A DNA stretch of 64,000 nt from Sulfurospirillaceae bacterium (GCA_033723415.1 JAWVXD010000009.1:1-64000); one strand, 5' to 3'. Shown: positions 39,580 to 50,966, numbered from the stretch's first letter. A program made the numbers and translations. Notes: generated by a model not told the origin, from the sequence alone.

Positions 39580-40548
39580 TTATACTATAGGACACCTGAC
39601 TAAATGATTATCTCCGGTATCTTTTAACTCAGGATGTTCATCCAGACAGCTATCTTTTTTGTAAGGACATCTGTTTTGGAAAAAGCAACCCTTCGGCAGA
39701 TCTATCGGACTTTGGATCTCTCCTGTTTTAAGCACGCTTTGTGTCGCTAGCGGAGTATAGATATCCGGGACAGTCGAAAACAGCATTTCGGTATAAGGGT
39801 GTTTGGGTGATTTAAACAGCTCTTCTTTGCTTGCATACTCAACTATCTCACCAAGATACATGACCGCGATATAATCACTAAGATGTTTTACTACACTTAT
39901 GTCATGAGTTATGAAAAGAGTGGTAAGGTTGTATTTTTCTTTTAGATCCATAAGTAGATTTATGATTTGAGCTTGGATAGAGACATCGAGTGCAGATATA
40001 GGCTCATCAGCCAAGATCAGTTTAGGCTCTAGTATCATAGCTCTAGCTATAGCGATTCTCTGCCTTTGTCCTCCTGAAAATTGATGCGGATATCTCTCTA
40101 GATAAGTATGATCTATTCCTACGTCATCACATAGAGATAAGATTTTTTGCATTCTCTCTTTTTTTGTCATTTTGGTGTATATCTTTAAAGGCTGTTCTAA
40201 AATCGTTTTGATCTTCTTTCTAGGGTTCAGTGATGAATAAGGATCTTGGAAGATCATTTGTATATCTTTTTGTATCTTCCCTCGTTGGCTTGGGGTTAGT
40301 TTGGATATGTCCTGATCTTGAAATATGATCGATCCGTTAGTGGCTTGATGAAGACCCAGGATAACCTTGCCTATAGTTGTCTTTCCGCAACCGCTTTCGC
40401 CTACCAATGAGAGAGTTTTTCCTTTGTAGATATCAAAATTTACTTTATTTAGAGCATGCAGATCTTTCTTCTCAAACGCTCCTGTTTTGACGCTAAAAAC
40501 TTTCTCGACATTATTTACTTCTAGTAATTTTATTTCACTTTGTGGCAA
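39580..40548 (-). CDS. Peptide ABC ATPase (DppF/OppF-like)
   Basis: GESGCGKT, FSGGQRQR, C-terminal Cys cluster. Confidence 0.92.
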   Translation of the reverse strand: MPQSEIKLLEVNNVEKVFSVKTGAFEKKDLHALNKVNFDIYKGKTLSLVGESGCGKTTIGKVILGLHQATNGSIIFQDQDISKLTPSQRGKIQKDIQMIFQDPYSSLNPRKKIKTILEQPLKIYTKMTKKERMQKILSLCDDVGIDHTYLERYPHQFSGGQRQRIAIARAMILEPKLILADEPISALDVSIQAQIINLLMDLKEKYNLTTLFITHDISVVKHLSDYIAVMYLGEIVEYASKEELFKSPKHPYTEMLFSTVPDIYTPLATQSVLKTGEIQSPIDLPKGCFFQNRCPYKKDSCLDEHPELKDTGDNHLVRCPIV

Positions 40549-41486
40549 AATACGATCCTTTTATCTATTTCTTGTTTAGGTGGATAGACATCGCACTGTT
40601 CATCTTTAAACTCACATCTGTTTTTAAAATAACATCCGCTAGGAAGATTGAGAAGGGAAGGCATGATGCCTGATATCTGATATAGCCTCTCTTTATCTTC
40701 ATTCATCTTAGGCAGACACTCTATCAAGCCTTTGGTATAAGGATGAAGAGGATTAAAGATGATGTCATCTTTTGTTCCGTATTCTACGATGCGTCCTGCA
40801 TACATGACGGCGATCTTGTCACATAACTGCGAAACTACTGCTATATCATGAGTGATGAGTATCAAGGATGAATCAAAATCTTTGCTTAGTTTTTTCATAA
40901 GATATAAGATCTGAGCTTGTATCGTTACATCAAGAGCTGTTGTAGGTTCATCCGCTATCAAAAGTTTTGGATTATTTAAAAGTGCCATAGCGATGACGAC
41001 TCTTTGCTTCATACCGCCTGAGAGTTGATGAGGGTAGCTGTTCATCCTTTTTTCTGCTGCAGGAAGACCTACTAATTTTAAGATCTCTACACAGGCTTTA
41101 AAAGCTTCTTTTTGCGAAATTTTTTTGTGGTGATAGAGTATGGTTTCCATCATCTGTATACCGATACTAATGACGGGGTTTAGTGAAGTTTGAGGATCTT
41201 GAAAGATCATAGATATCTCATTTCCTCTGATCTTCTCCAACTCTTTTTCGCTAAGTCCGACTAAGTTCTTACCGTCAAATAATATTTCTCCATCAACGAT
41301 CTTGCCCGGCTTATCAATAAGTCCCAATATTGAAAATCCGGTTATTGATTTTCCTGCACCTGATTCTCCGACTATTCCTAGTATCTCGCCTTTTTCTATT
41401 GAAAAGCTGATACCGTCAACTGATTTTACTACTCCATTTCTTGTGAAAAAATGAGTTTTGAGATTATTTACTTCTAAAAGTGCCAT
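40530..41486 (-). CDS. Peptide ABC ATPase (DppD/OppD-like)
   Basis: GESGAGKS, LSGGMKQR, DEPTTALDV. Confidence 0.93.
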   Translation of the reverse strand: MALLEVNNLKTHFFTRNGVVKSVDGISFSIEKGEILGIVGESGAGKSITGFSILGLIDKPGKIVDGEILFDGKNLVGLSEKELEKIRGNEISMIFQDPQTSLNPVISIGIQMMETILYHHKKISQKEAFKACVEILKLVGLPAAEKRMNSYPHQLSGGMKQRVVIAMALLNNPKLLIADEPTTALDVTIQAQILYLMKKLSKDFDSSLILITHDIAVVSQLCDKIAVMYAGRIVEYGTKDDIIFNPLHPYTKGLIECLPKMNEDKERLYQISGIMPSLLNLPSGCYFKNRCEFKDEQCDVYPPKQEIDKRIVFCHKVK

Positions 41487-41492
41487 TTTTAC

Positions 41493-42350
41493 CTATCTTT
41501 TTAATCTTGGATTCATGATGTCTCTCATACGATCACCAATCAAATTGATGGAAATGATTAGTAACATTAGAACAATTCCGGGGAATACGGAAGTCCACCA
41601 GTAACCGCTAAATAAAACTCTATAACCATTTGAGATCAATGACCCTAAAGATGGTTGAGTTATAGGAACACCAAGTCCTAGGAAACTCAAAGTCGCTTCC
41701 AGAATGATCGCATTGGCTATCCTGACTGTTGCTATGACTATGATCGGAGCTGTTACATTTGGCATTATCTCACCGAAAATGATGCTGAAATTTTTCATCC
41801 CAAGAGCTTTTGCTGATTGAGAGTAGTCTTTTTCTTTCTCAGAAAGTACCACTCCTCTAGCCGTCCTTGCATAATATACCCAGTTAACTATGGTTATGGC
41901 TATGATGATCTTGCCTACTCCAGCACCCCAAAGTGCCATGATGATAAGAGCGATCAAGATAGCAGGGAAAGAGAGCTGAATATCTGCGATCCTCATGATG
42001 ATAGTATCTATCCAACCACCGTAATATCCAGATACCAGACCAGCCGAAAAACCTATGATAACAGATAAGATAGTACTGGCAAGACCAACATAAAGCGAGA
42101 TCCTAAGACCATATACAATCGCAGAATATATGTCTCTTCCTTGCCCGTCGGTTCCCAACCAAAAGTTGGAGTTTGGAGCTTGAAAACTATTTTGCAAAAA
42201 TAATTGAGACAGGTCGTAAGGATTTTGATACGAAAAGAAAGAAGGGACAAGTGCAAGTACGGCAAAGATTACAAATACAATCAATCCGATGACTGCTAGC
42301 TTATCCTCAAAGAATTCCAATACTAATTCACTTTTAAATATATTTTTCAT
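41493..42350 (-). CDS. Peptide ABC permease (DppC-like)
   Basis: LGTDGQGRD, EATLSFLGLG. Confidence 0.93.
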   Translation of the reverse strand: MKNIFKSELVLEFFEDKLAVIGLIVFVIFAVLALVPSFFSYQNPYDLSQLFLQNSFQAPNSNFWLGTDGQGRDIYSAIVYGLRISLYVGLASTILSVIIGFSAGLVSGYYGGWIDTIIMRIADIQLSFPAILIALIIMALWGAGVGKIIIAITIVNWVYYARTARGVVLSEKEKDYSQSAKALGMKNFSIIFGEIMPNVTAPIIVIATVRIANAIILEATLSFLGLGVPITQPSLGSLISNGYRVLFSGYWWTSVFPGIVLMLLIISINLIGDRMRDIMNPRLKR

Positions 42351-43297
42351 ACTCTAACCCTAGGATCTATAAATGTATAAAGAACGTCAACGATAAAATT
42401 GATCAAAACAAAGATTAGTGAGATCACCAGCAGATAAGCCACGACAACAGGTCTATCTAAACTTTGAATAGAATCTATTATCAGTTTGCCGGTACCTGGC
42501 CATGCAAATATGGTCTCCGTTACTATCGTAAAGGCGACTAATTGTCCAAATTGTATACCTATGATAGTGACAAGTGGAATCAGAGTGTTCTTTAGTGCGT
42601 GATAATAAACGATAACCTTTCTAGGAACTCCTTTTGCACTGGCTAATTTTATATAATCTTGCATCAATACTTCCATCATGCCAGTTCTTGTAAGACGCAA
42701 TATAAGGGCTAATTGAAATATTGATAGGGTAAGAACCGGCATGATAAGATGTTTGATCCCATCCCAGGTAAAAGCACTCGTAAAGAGAAAGACATCTCCC
42801 CGACCGGAGGAGGGCAGTACTCCAAGTATGACCGAGAATATAAGTACGAGTATCATACCTGTCCAAAAAACCGGCACTGAAATCCCCGCAAGCGAGAAGA
42901 ACATAATGATCCTGCTGATGATGGAGTTTGGTTTTATGGATGAGATGATACCCAAAGGGACTCCCAGAATGATAGAAAATATCATAGCCAAAACAGATAG
43001 TTCCAAGGTTGCAGGAAGTCTTTCAAAAACAATTTTCAAGGCAGGTTCTCCGTATCTAAATGAAGTTCCAAGATTCCCTTTTGCGACATTTTCCAAAAAT
43101 TTTGTATATTGGACGATGAAAGATTGATCTAATCCTAGTGCGTGTCTCATCTGAATAACGTCATGCTGCGTTGCATCCGGTGGAAGCATAAGTTCTACGG
43201 GGTCTCCGGCTTTAAACATAATAAAAAAAACTATAAAACTAATAGTAAGCATTACCAAGACTGAGTGAAAGAGTCTATTTAGTATGTATTTTGTCAT
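42347..43297 (-). CDS. Peptide ABC permease (DppB-like)
   Basis: RLPATLEL, HALKN, ETIFAWPG, DPRV. Confidence 0.93.
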   Translation of the reverse strand: MTKYILNRLFHSVLVMLTISFIVFFIMFKAGDPVELMLPPDATQHDVIQMRHALGLDQSFIVQYTKFLENVAKGNLGTSFRYGEPALKIVFERLPATLELSVLAMIFSIILGVPLGIISSIKPNSIISRIIMFFSLAGISVPVFWTGMILVLIFSVILGVLPSSGRGDVFLFTSAFTWDGIKHLIMPVLTLSIFQLALILRLTRTGMMEVLMQDYIKLASAKGVPRKVIVYYHALKNTLIPLVTIIGIQFGQLVAFTIVTETIFAWPGTGKLIIDSIQSLDRPVVVAYLLVISLIFVLINFIVDVLYTFIDPRVRV

Positions 43298-44046
43298 CTT
43301 TGCTCCTGCTTTTTTGTCTCTTCGATAAATCTTTGGAAGATTTTCAGCATATCCGGATTATTTTTGGCTGCCATCATCTCAGGATGCCATTGGAGTGAGA
43401 GGAAAAAGTATTCAGGATTTTCGTATTCCACGGCTTCGATTATGCCATCTGTTGAAATTCCAGTGATTTTAAAACCTTGAGGTAGTTTTTTGATAGCTTG
43501 ATTGTGAAATGAATTGGTCCAAACTTCATCTTTTTGTAATATTTCATACAAAATGCTCTCTTTCGATATCAGTACTTTGTGCGTTGGAAGATCGGTATTT
43601 GCTTCTTGATCATGTTTTAAGATCACGTTTGGATCGTAGGTTATATCCTGCCATAAAGTACCTCCATTAGAGACGGCAGTTACTTGATGACCTCTGCATA
43701 TACATAAAGTCGGTATTTTTTCTTCTCTTGCTATCTTAGCCAGATTCAGATCAAATGCATCTCTTCTTTTATCGGGTACGGTCATCTTTGCCAGATGCTC
43801 TTCACCGTACTCTATGGGATCGACACTGACTCCTCCTGAAAAAATAATTCCATCTAGTTTGCTTATTTGCGCTTTCATGACTTCGATGTCATCTACAACA
43901 GGCAAAATATATGGAACACCGCCGGTTTTTAATACCGAGGTTATATAGTCTTCATTTACATAAGCCTTCAAATATCCGTTCAATTTTGGATTGGCGTCTA
44001 CTACCAAACCGCCACTGATGCCTATAATACTTTTTTTCTCTTGCAA
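43294..44046 (-). CDS. Peptidase C26 gamma-glutamyl hydrolase (PuuD-like)
   Basis: ICRGHQ nucleophile, NSFHNQ, QWHPE. Confidence 0.88.
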   Translation of the reverse strand: MQEKKSIIGISGGLVVDANPKLNGYLKAYVNEDYITSVLKTGGVPYILPVVDDIEVMKAQISKLDGIIFSGGVSVDPIEYGEEHLAKMTVPDKRRDAFDLNLAKIAREEKIPTLCICRGHQVTAVSNGGTLWQDITYDPNVILKHDQEANTDLPTHKVLISKESILYEILQKDEVWTNSFHNQAIKKLPQGFKITGISTDGIIEAVEYENPEYFFLSLQWHPEMMAAKNNPDMLKIFQRFIEETKKQEQR

Positions 44047-44065
44047 TTTAGTATCCTAAATAACT

Positions 44066-44093
44066 TCGTGTCCTCCCCTAAAAGAGGACACGA
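44066..44093 (-). other. Intra-operon stem-loop after substrate-binding protein gene
   Basis: TCGTGTCCTC...GAGGACACGA, 10-bp stem. Confidence 0.7.
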
Positions 44094-44101
44094 GTTGTGA
44101 T

Positions 44102-45634
44102 TTATTTTATATCAAATGCCCAAATACGGCTATCTGCTCTTGGTTGAAAATGAACTTTTTTGCTTGATGCATATATATCTACTTGAAAATGTAGAGGGAT
44201 AAAGCATTGATCATCTACCATTGCTATCTTTTGTGCTTCTTGAAGAACTTTCAATCGCTCTTTTGGAACCATTATAGAAGCTGATTTTTCTATCAATGCA
44301 TCGACTTTAGGATCGGAGAATCTTCCTCTGTTATATCTTCCGTAACCTTTCTTCGCATCATATGAATGAACACATCCATCTAGGATAGAGCTTTGATCGC
44401 CATCGCTGTTTGACCATCCTATAAGGAAAAAGCTTGTATTTAATTTTCCTGTTTCTGCAAAGAATGTAGATTTTGGTGTAGCATTTACTTTTACTCTGAT
44501 ACCGATCTTTGCCAAACTTGATGCGACAGCTTGAGCTATTTGAGCATCATTGATATATCTGTTGTTTGGTGAATCCAATACAATGTCAAATCCATTTGGA
44601 TATCCTGCTTCTGCTAAAAGTTTTTTTGCTTTTGCAGGATCATATTTTACTCTTTTGATGCTAGGGTCATAACCAAATACGACTTTTGGGCTTAGTTGAC
44701 CGGCAGGCTTTGCAAAACCTTTCATGATATATTTTACTATAGCATCTTCATCTATACCATAGTATATAGCTTTTCTTACTCTCACGTCTTTAAGAGGATT
44801 TTTTCCTGTAGGACTTTTGATAAATGGAGAATTGTCTCTGTCTTGGTCCATTTGAAGATAGATGAGTCTAAGACCGGGTTGAACAAAAAAGTTTAATTTA
44901 CTGTTTTCTTTAACTCTTTTTACATCGACAACGGGAACTCTGTTTATGATGTCTACTTCACCGCTTAGAATAGCTGCAACTCTTGTTGCATCGTTTGTCA
45001 ACGGTTTGAAGATAAGTTTATCGTATGTAGGTTTTCCTGCCCAGTAATTTTCATTGGCAGTCATTTTTATATAATCACCCTTGCTCCAAGCAACTAATTT
45101 GTATGGACCTGTACCGACTGGGTGCATAGCGATCCATTCGTCGCTTTTTCCTTCAACCGCTTTCTTGTTCATGATTTCCATATAAGTAAGTTTTCTCAAA
45201 AATACAGGGAATGGACCATCGGTCACAAATTTTACAGTATAATTATCTACTTTTTCACAAGATAGTATAGAACTTAATTTGCCTTTAAAACCGGATTTTG
45301 GCCAGTTTTTCATTCTATTGAATGAAAATACAACGTCATCTGCACCAAAATTCATGCCATTGCTGAATTTTACGCCATGACGAAGTTTCAATATCCATAC
45401 TGTTGGCTCAGGATTACTCCAAGAAACAGCAAGATCAGGATGTATTTTGATGTCTTTGTCAAAAGAGACCAAAGCATCAAACATATTTGAAAGTATAGAG
45501 TTAGTAGCAGTTTCATTGTGCCCGTAAGGATCCATATTTAATGCACCTGAGGCTACACCTATTCTGAGGGTTTTTCCAAAACCCAGTGTTCCTAGCAAAG
45601 CGATTGCCGCAATCGCAACAATGATTTTTTTCAT
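44102..45634 (-). CDS. Peptide ABC substrate-binding protein (family 5)
   Basis: LRHGVKFSNG, PVGTGPY, DVRVRKAI. Confidence 0.92.
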   Translation of the reverse strand: MKKIIVAIAAIALLGTLGFGKTLRIGVASGALNMDPYGHNETATNSILSNMFDALVSFDKDIKIHPDLAVSWSNPEPTVWILKLRHGVKFSNGMNFGADDVVFSFNRMKNWPKSGFKGKLSSILSCEKVDNYTVKFVTDGPFPVFLRKLTYMEIMNKKAVEGKSDEWIAMHPVGTGPYKLVAWSKGDYIKMTANENYWAGKPTYDKLIFKPLTNDATRVAAILSGEVDIINRVPVVDVKRVKENSKLNFFVQPGLRLIYLQMDQDRDNSPFIKSPTGKNPLKDVRVRKAIYYGIDEDAIVKYIMKGFAKPAGQLSPKVVFGYDPSIKRVKYDPAKAKKLLAEAGYPNGFDIVLDSPNNRYINDAQIAQAVASSLAKIGIRVKVNATPKSTFFAETGKLNTSFFLIGWSNSDGDQSSILDGCVHSYDAKKGYGRYNRGRFSDPKVDALIEKSASIMVPKERLKVLQEAQKIAMVDDQCFIPLHFQVDIYASSKKVHFQPRADSRIWAFDIK

Positions 45635-45636
45635 TT

Positions 45637-46788
45637 TTACTCCTTAAGATTTAGTAATTTACTCATAAATAGGACAAATATTTTAACCCTATAAAGAAGC
45701 GATTCTTTTTTTATGTATTCTTTCTTCGTATGACTAAAGTTGCCGACTGCTCCCAATCCGTCGATCACGGGAATTCCCATCCCTGATATAAAGTTGCCGT
45801 CACTTCCTCCACCTGTGCTTAATTCTTCACAATCATAACCAAGTTGTAGGGAAGCTTCTCTATACAAGTCGTATAATTTTTCAGATTCACTGCTTTTTTC
45901 AAGAGGAGGTCTGTTTAAGACAAGGGTGTAGTTTACTTTTGCATCGACACTGTTTTTTTCATTTAAAATTTTTTCTATACTTTGAAATAACGGATCTTTT
46001 TGAGACATTTTTGCAAATCTGACATCAACTTCTATCTTACTGTAAGCAGGTACGACATTTCTCGCAACTCCTGAGCTTATGACGTTGCAGCCTACACTGA
46101 TACCGTTTGGATAGTCGTTTAGTTTTTCTAGTTTTTGAATGATCTCACAAGATGCCAAGATAGCATTTTTACCTTCCCAAGGAGCTACTCCTGCATGTGC
46201 TGGCAAACCTATGACTTCTATGTCTAAAGTGGCGATGGCTTTTCTGGCAGTTACTATCTCACCGTTTGGACGACCCGGTTCAAATACAAAACCTGCGAGA
46301 GCATTTTTAAATTGTGTTTCTATGATCTCTCTTGAATCAAGCGAGCCGATCTCTTCATCGGAATTAAAAATTATTTTTATCGGGATATCTGTTTTAGGAT
46401 AAAGTTTTTTTAGAAAATATAGTGAATAAAGAGCGACTATCAGTCCGGATTTCATATCATTTGTACCGGGACCTTTTAAAAATTCGCCTGTATCTTCTAG
46501 TCTTTGAAAATCGCTGTGTGGAGGATGCACCGTATCAAAGTGACCGATGAAAGCGTAAAAATCTTTTTTTCGTTCTTTGTCGTATATCAGATGAGGTCTT
46601 TCTCTTTTTTCTGAGTATATTTTCTCGAACTTTATATCTCTTGTGTCTGCAATATTTACTAAAGCTTCCAAAACCTTATCAATACCTTCAGGATTTGCAG
46701 AAAAACTGTTTATATTCACTATCTCTTCAAAGTCAGAATAAATCTGTGCTTTGTTCTCATCTATCAATTTATTTAAAGTATCTAACAT
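45637..46788 (-). CDS. M20 metallopeptidase, glutamate carboxypeptidase (CPG2)-like
   Basis: GHFDTV, GTNDMKSG, DEEIGS, AHAG, GGGSDGN. Confidence 0.85.
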   Translation of the reverse strand: MLDTLNKLIDENKAQIYSDFEEIVNINSFSANPEGIDKVLEALVNIADTRDIKFEKIYSEKRERPHLIYDKERKKDFYAFIGHFDTVHPPHSDFQRLEDTGEFLKGPGTNDMKSGLIVALYSLYFLKKLYPKTDIPIKIIFNSDEEIGSLDSREIIETQFKNALAGFVFEPGRPNGEIVTARKAIATLDIEVIGLPAHAGVAPWEGKNAILASCEIIQKLEKLNDYPNGISVGCNVISSGVARNVVPAYSKIEVDVRFAKMSQKDPLFQSIEKILNEKNSVDAKVNYTLVLNRPPLEKSSESEKLYDLYREASLQLGYDCEELSTGGGSDGNFISGMGIPVIDGLGAVGNFSHTKKEYIKKESLLYRVKIFVLFMSKLLNLKE

Positions 46789-46997
46789 GTGAACCTTTGG
46801 TTCTTGGATTTTAAAGATTATCGCCGAATGTAAGTTAATTTTTACTTAATATAGAGACAAAAACCAAATGAAAACATGGGGTGTGTAGAAAATCTACTTA
46901 AATGATTTTGGATATATGTTAATCATTATAAATACACGTCAATTGCGCCAATTTAAGGTATAATCTCTAAGCAAATATAACACAAAGAGAGTTCAAA

Positions 46998-47891
46998 ATG
47001 AAAAATATCGTCAAGAAGATAGCGATCACAGGCGGCACGCATGGCAACGAACTAACCGGAGTATATCTTATAAAGAAATTTCTTAAAAAGCCAGATTTAG
47101 TGCAAAGAAAAAACTTTGAGACTATTTTTATGCATACCAATTTGGGCGCTATGAAGCAATGCACCAGATATGTTGAAAAAGATCTAAATCGTACATTTGT
47201 GATTAAAGATCTGGCAGATCCGAGTCTATGTACATATGAAGATATTTTGGCAAAGAGTATCAACCAAAAATTAGGACCCAAAGGTTCATCAAATCCAAAT
47301 GTTGACTTTATCGTTGATCTACATTCAACCACTTCTGATATGGGACTTTCCATAATAATAGACAATGAAAGTGATCTAGTTTGGCAATTGGCATCTTATT
47401 TAAAAGTACATGAACCAAAACTGCATATCTTTAGATGGAAAGGCGATACGCCTGAAGTCGCTTTTGTAAACTCTATAGCCAAAAACGGTTTTGCTGTAGA
47501 AGTAGGTCCGATCCCTCAAGGAGTGTTAAGGGCTGATCTGTTTTTTGAAACTGAAAAACTGGTGCAAAAGATACTGGATTTTTTTGAAAAATACAATGAT
47601 GATAAGTTAGAAACTCTTCCAAAGAAAATAGAGATCTACGACCATATAAAACTAGTAGATTTTCCACGAGATGAAGAAGGCGATATCGGTGCTACCGTGC
47701 ATCCAAATCTTCAAGACCATGGATATGTAAAGCTTACAAAAGGCGATCCATTATTTGTTGACCTAGATGGAAACGTCATAAATTACGAGGAAGATGATGA
47801 TGAAGTTTATGCCCTGTTTATAAATGAAGCGGCATATTATGAAAAAGGCTTTGCTCTTTGTTTGGCAAAGAAAAAAACAATAGATATCTAA
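46998..47891 (+). CDS. Aspartoacylase (AstE/AspA family)
   Basis: GGTHGNE, DLNR, DLHST, EVGP, FINEAAYYEK. Confidence 0.9.
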   Translation: MKNIVKKIAITGGTHGNELTGVYLIKKFLKKPDLVQRKNFETIFMHTNLGAMKQCTRYVEKDLNRTFVIKDLADPSLCTYEDILAKSINQKLGPKGSSNPNVDFIVDLHSTTSDMGLSIIIDNESDLVWQLASYLKVHEPKLHIFRWKGDTPEVAFVNSIAKNGFAVEVGPIPQGVLRADLFFETEKLVQKILDFFEKYNDDKLETLPKKIEIYDHIKLVDFPRDEEGDIGATVHPNLQDHGYVKLTKGDPLFVDLDGNVINYEEDDDEVYALFINEAAYYEKGFALCLAKKKTIDI

Positions 47892-47906
47892 TCAAAGGAC
47901 TTGTAT

Positions 47907-49070
47907 ATGCAATTTTCGGCTCCGTTAAAATCAAATTCAAAAAAAATAATGCTGTTAGGTTCCGGTGAGCTTGGCAAAGAAGTCATCATAGAAGCCCAAA
48001 GACTAGGTTTGGAGACTATAGCGGTTGACAGATACCAAAACGCTCCAGCTCATCATGTGGCTCATAGAAGTTATGTCGTGAACATGCAGGATAAAGAGGC
48101 AGTGTTGGAGATAATAAGACGTGAAAGACCGGACTTCATTTTGCCTGAAATCGAAGCTATAAGTATTCAGGCACTTTATGATGCCGAAGCCGAGGGATTT
48201 AATGTCATCCCAAATGCCGATGCTGTAAACAAAACGATGAATCGCAAGAACATCCGTCGTTTTGCGGCAGAAGAGCTTGGATTGAAAACGGGTCCTTATG
48301 AATTTGTGAGTACATTGGAAGGATTAAAAGATGCGAGCGCAAGACTCGGTTTTCCTTGCGTCATCAAGCCTGTCATGAGCAGCTCCGGACATGGGCAAAG
48401 CGTAGCACGAAAAGCAGATGATATAGAGAGATCTTGGGAGATGGCAAAAGAGGCCAGGGGTGATGCAAGTGAATTGATAGTCGAAGCATTTATTGATTTT
48501 GATTATGAGATTACGATGCTGACCGCGCGCAATGGCAAAGAGACTGTTTTTTGCGAGCCTATCGGTCATGAACAGCGTGATGGAGATTATGTTTTTTCCT
48601 GGCAACCGATGCAGATGAGCGAGAAGGCAAAGAAAAGTGCGCAGGAGATAGCAAAAAAGATAACAGACGGTCTGGGCGGTCGCGGAATATTCGGCGTAGA
48701 GATGTTTGTAAAGGGTGATGAAGTTTATTTTAGTGAAGTCAGCCCTCGTCCTCATGACACAGGTATGGTCACTCTAATCACACAGAGTCAAAGTGAATTT
48801 GCACTTCATCTACGTGCCGTACTTGGACTTCCTCTCGGGTTTACATTTTATGGAAACGGTGCCAGTGCGGCATTTAAGTCTGACAAAGATTCACATGCTC
48901 CGTTGATCGATGTTGATGATACTTTGTTTTCTACTGATTCATTTGTGAGAGTTTTCTCAAAGCCTGAATCGCACAAAGGACGCCGCATGGCAGTTGTCCT
49001 TGTTTTTGACAAGGTAGATGCGGCATTAAAAAAAGCCAGAGCGTTGATCACTAAGATCAAGGATATATAG
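47907..49070 (+). CDS. purT: Formate-dependent GAR transformylase
   Basis: [32 protein letters not shown]. Confidence 0.95.
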   Translation: MQFSAPLKSNSKKIMLLGSGELGKEVIIEAQRLGLETIAVDRYQNAPAHHVAHRSYVVNMQDKEAVLEIIRRERPDFILPEIEAISIQALYDAEAEGFNVIPNADAVNKTMNRKNIRRFAAEELGLKTGPYEFVSTLEGLKDASARLGFPCVIKPVMSSSGHGQSVARKADDIERSWEMAKEARGDASELIVEAFIDFDYEITMLTARNGKETVFCEPIGHEQRDGDYVFSWQPMQMSEKAKKSAQEIAKKITDGLGGRGIFGVEMFVKGDEVYFSEVSPRPHDTGMVTLITQSQSEFALHLRAVLGLPLGFTFYGNGASAAFKSDKDSHAPLIDVDDTLFSTDSFVRVFSKPESHKGRRMAVVLVFDKVDAALKKARALITKIKDI

Positions 49071-49071
49071 A

Positions 49072-50778
49072 TTAGTTTTGCGGTTTATATCCTATGCGAA
49101 AACCTCCCCAGTGTTTTCCATTGATAAATATCGGGGTTGATAGATCGTGCATTATTTCGCCCGTATCTCTAAGATAAGTCTGCAACAGTACATTTTTCTC
49201 ATGACTCCCGCATCTTGAGCCTGTTCGATCGCTAAAAATTCTCTTGCTCCTGTTCCCTACTAAATCTTTTGCATAATCACCGCTCAAAGGTTTTGCAAAT
49301 GCGTTATTATGAGTGGGGACATAGCCTTTGGGATCTGTGCAGATTGCATATACTATGTTGGGATTTTTTTCTAATATCCGTTCTTGTATGCTAGGAAGCT
49401 TTTTATCGCAAAAATTGTCATATCTTGTAGTAAATTTTTGTGGATTTGTATTTGGTATAGGTTGATAATTTGTATCGAAGATATCCTCTTGTTTTATCTC
49501 ACCTTGTTTTATTGCATTTTCAAACATCAATCCTATCTCAGCAGATGCGGTACCGGCAACATTAAAAATCTTTTCATGATATGCATCCAGGGCAAATTCG
49601 CTTGCATATTCAAATGCGTTTTCTGAAGCATCCACCAACTCTTTTGTTGCATGAGAAACATGTTTCATCTCATCTGTTTCTGCGTTCAGTTGGTGACTGA
49701 ATTGTTCCAGAGAAGAAGATATGGCTTCTAGATCATGATTATTCAGGGAAGCATTTTCTGCTATTTGATTTATCTTCTCTTCTATGGAACGAGATTGTTC
49801 TAAAAAGCCGTTGATATCTTTCACGATCTCTTCAATATTTTGTGTTCCTGAGTTGATCTCTGTCGATAATGTTTGAATTTCCTCAGTCACTATTTGCGTA
49901 TTGTTTTGCATATCTGCTATAGAAATGTTCACTTCATGCGTTGCTTTTGATGTTTTTTCTGCAAGATTCCTGACTTCATCGGCTACGACTGCAAACCCTC
50001 TCCCATGTTCACCTGCACGAGCCGCTTCTATGGCTGCATTTAGTGCTAGAAGATTCGTTTGATCTGCTATCTCGTCTATAACTTCCGTGACTTTTTTGAT
50101 CTCATCCGACTTTTTATTCAGCGAAATCATTTTTTCTGAAGCTTCGGTTACTATATGGTTGATGTTATTCATCTTTGCTATGACACTTTGTAAGTCTTTT
50201 TGACTTTGAATACTGCCTTCCATGGTTTGGGAAGTAAAAGTCGAGGCTTCTTGTGCATTAGTCGATACGTTTAGTACATTTTGCATGATATTTGATGAAT
50301 TTGCAGATATTTGATCTATGACTTTTGCCTTTTCTTCCAGTTGCAAAGTCAGGTTGTCAAGCGAACCTGAGAGTTTTGCAACGTGCAAAGAATTTGTACT
50401 GGCATCAAGTGAAATATTTTTCGCCATTTCCATTAAGACATCAAGTAGCAAATATGCCTGGTCATAAAAGAATTGAACAAAATGGTTATTTTTCTTTAGG
50501 TTGAAAAACTCAGATTTGTACTTAGTTTGTTCGTCAAAATCTCTAGTCTGAAAATTGTTTAAAAGAACCAAGCTTTGAAGCGTAGGTTTGAATAACAGTA
50601 TATGAAATCCAACAGCAGTCATAACAGAACCCAATAAAGAAAAAAACAAGATAAGCGGCAAACGCATAGCGGCTATTTTTGAATACACTAAACTAAATAG
50701 TATGATCGATATAATAATAAAAGGTATCAATATAACTTTTATGTAAAATGTTAATAATACGGATTTTTCTTTGTTCAT
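49072..50778 (-). CDS. Methyl-accepting chemotaxis protein with extra C-terminal domain
   Basis: [31 protein letters not shown]. Confidence 0.92.
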   Translation of the reverse strand: MNKEKSVLLTFYIKVILIPFIIISIILFSLVYSKIAAMRLPLILFFSLLGSVMTAVGFHILLFKPTLQSLVLLNNFQTRDFDEQTKYKSEFFNLKKNNHFVQFFYDQAYLLLDVLMEMAKNISLDASTNSLHVAKLSGSLDNLTLQLEEKAKVIDQISANSSNIMQNVLNVSTNAQEASTFTSQTMEGSIQSQKDLQSVIAKMNNINHIVTEASEKMISLNKKSDEIKKVTEVIDEIADQTNLLALNAAIEAARAGEHGRGFAVVADEVRNLAEKTSKATHEVNISIADMQNNTQIVTEEIQTLSTEINSGTQNIEEIVKDINGFLEQSRSIEEKINQIAENASLNNHDLEAISSSLEQFSHQLNAETDEMKHVSHATKELVDASENAFEYASEFALDAYHEKIFNVAGTASAEIGLMFENAIKQGEIKQEDIFDTNYQPIPNTNPQKFTTRYDNFCDKKLPSIQERILEKNPNIVYAICTDPKGYVPTHNNAFAKPLSGDYAKDLVGNRSKRIFSDRTGSRCGSHEKNVLLQTYLRDTGEIMHDLSTPIFINGKHWGGFRIGYKPQN

Positions 50779-50934
50779 GCGTGCTCCTTATCGGATGATT
50801 ATAACATAAACATTTCTAAATAAAAGATATAAAAAACGATGATTTAACTGAATATGAAAAAGAAATATAGATTTTGTTTACAATCGAAGCATAAAATGTT
50901 TTATAATATAACTTTATACTAGAAAGAGAAAATT

Positions 50935-50964
50935 GACTGGGGAGGGATTGTCCTCCCGTCAGTC
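50935..50964 (-). terminator. Hairpin downstream of mscS
   Basis: GACTG-GGGAGG...CCTCCC-gt-CAGTC. Confidence 0.6.
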
Positions 50965-50966
50965 TG

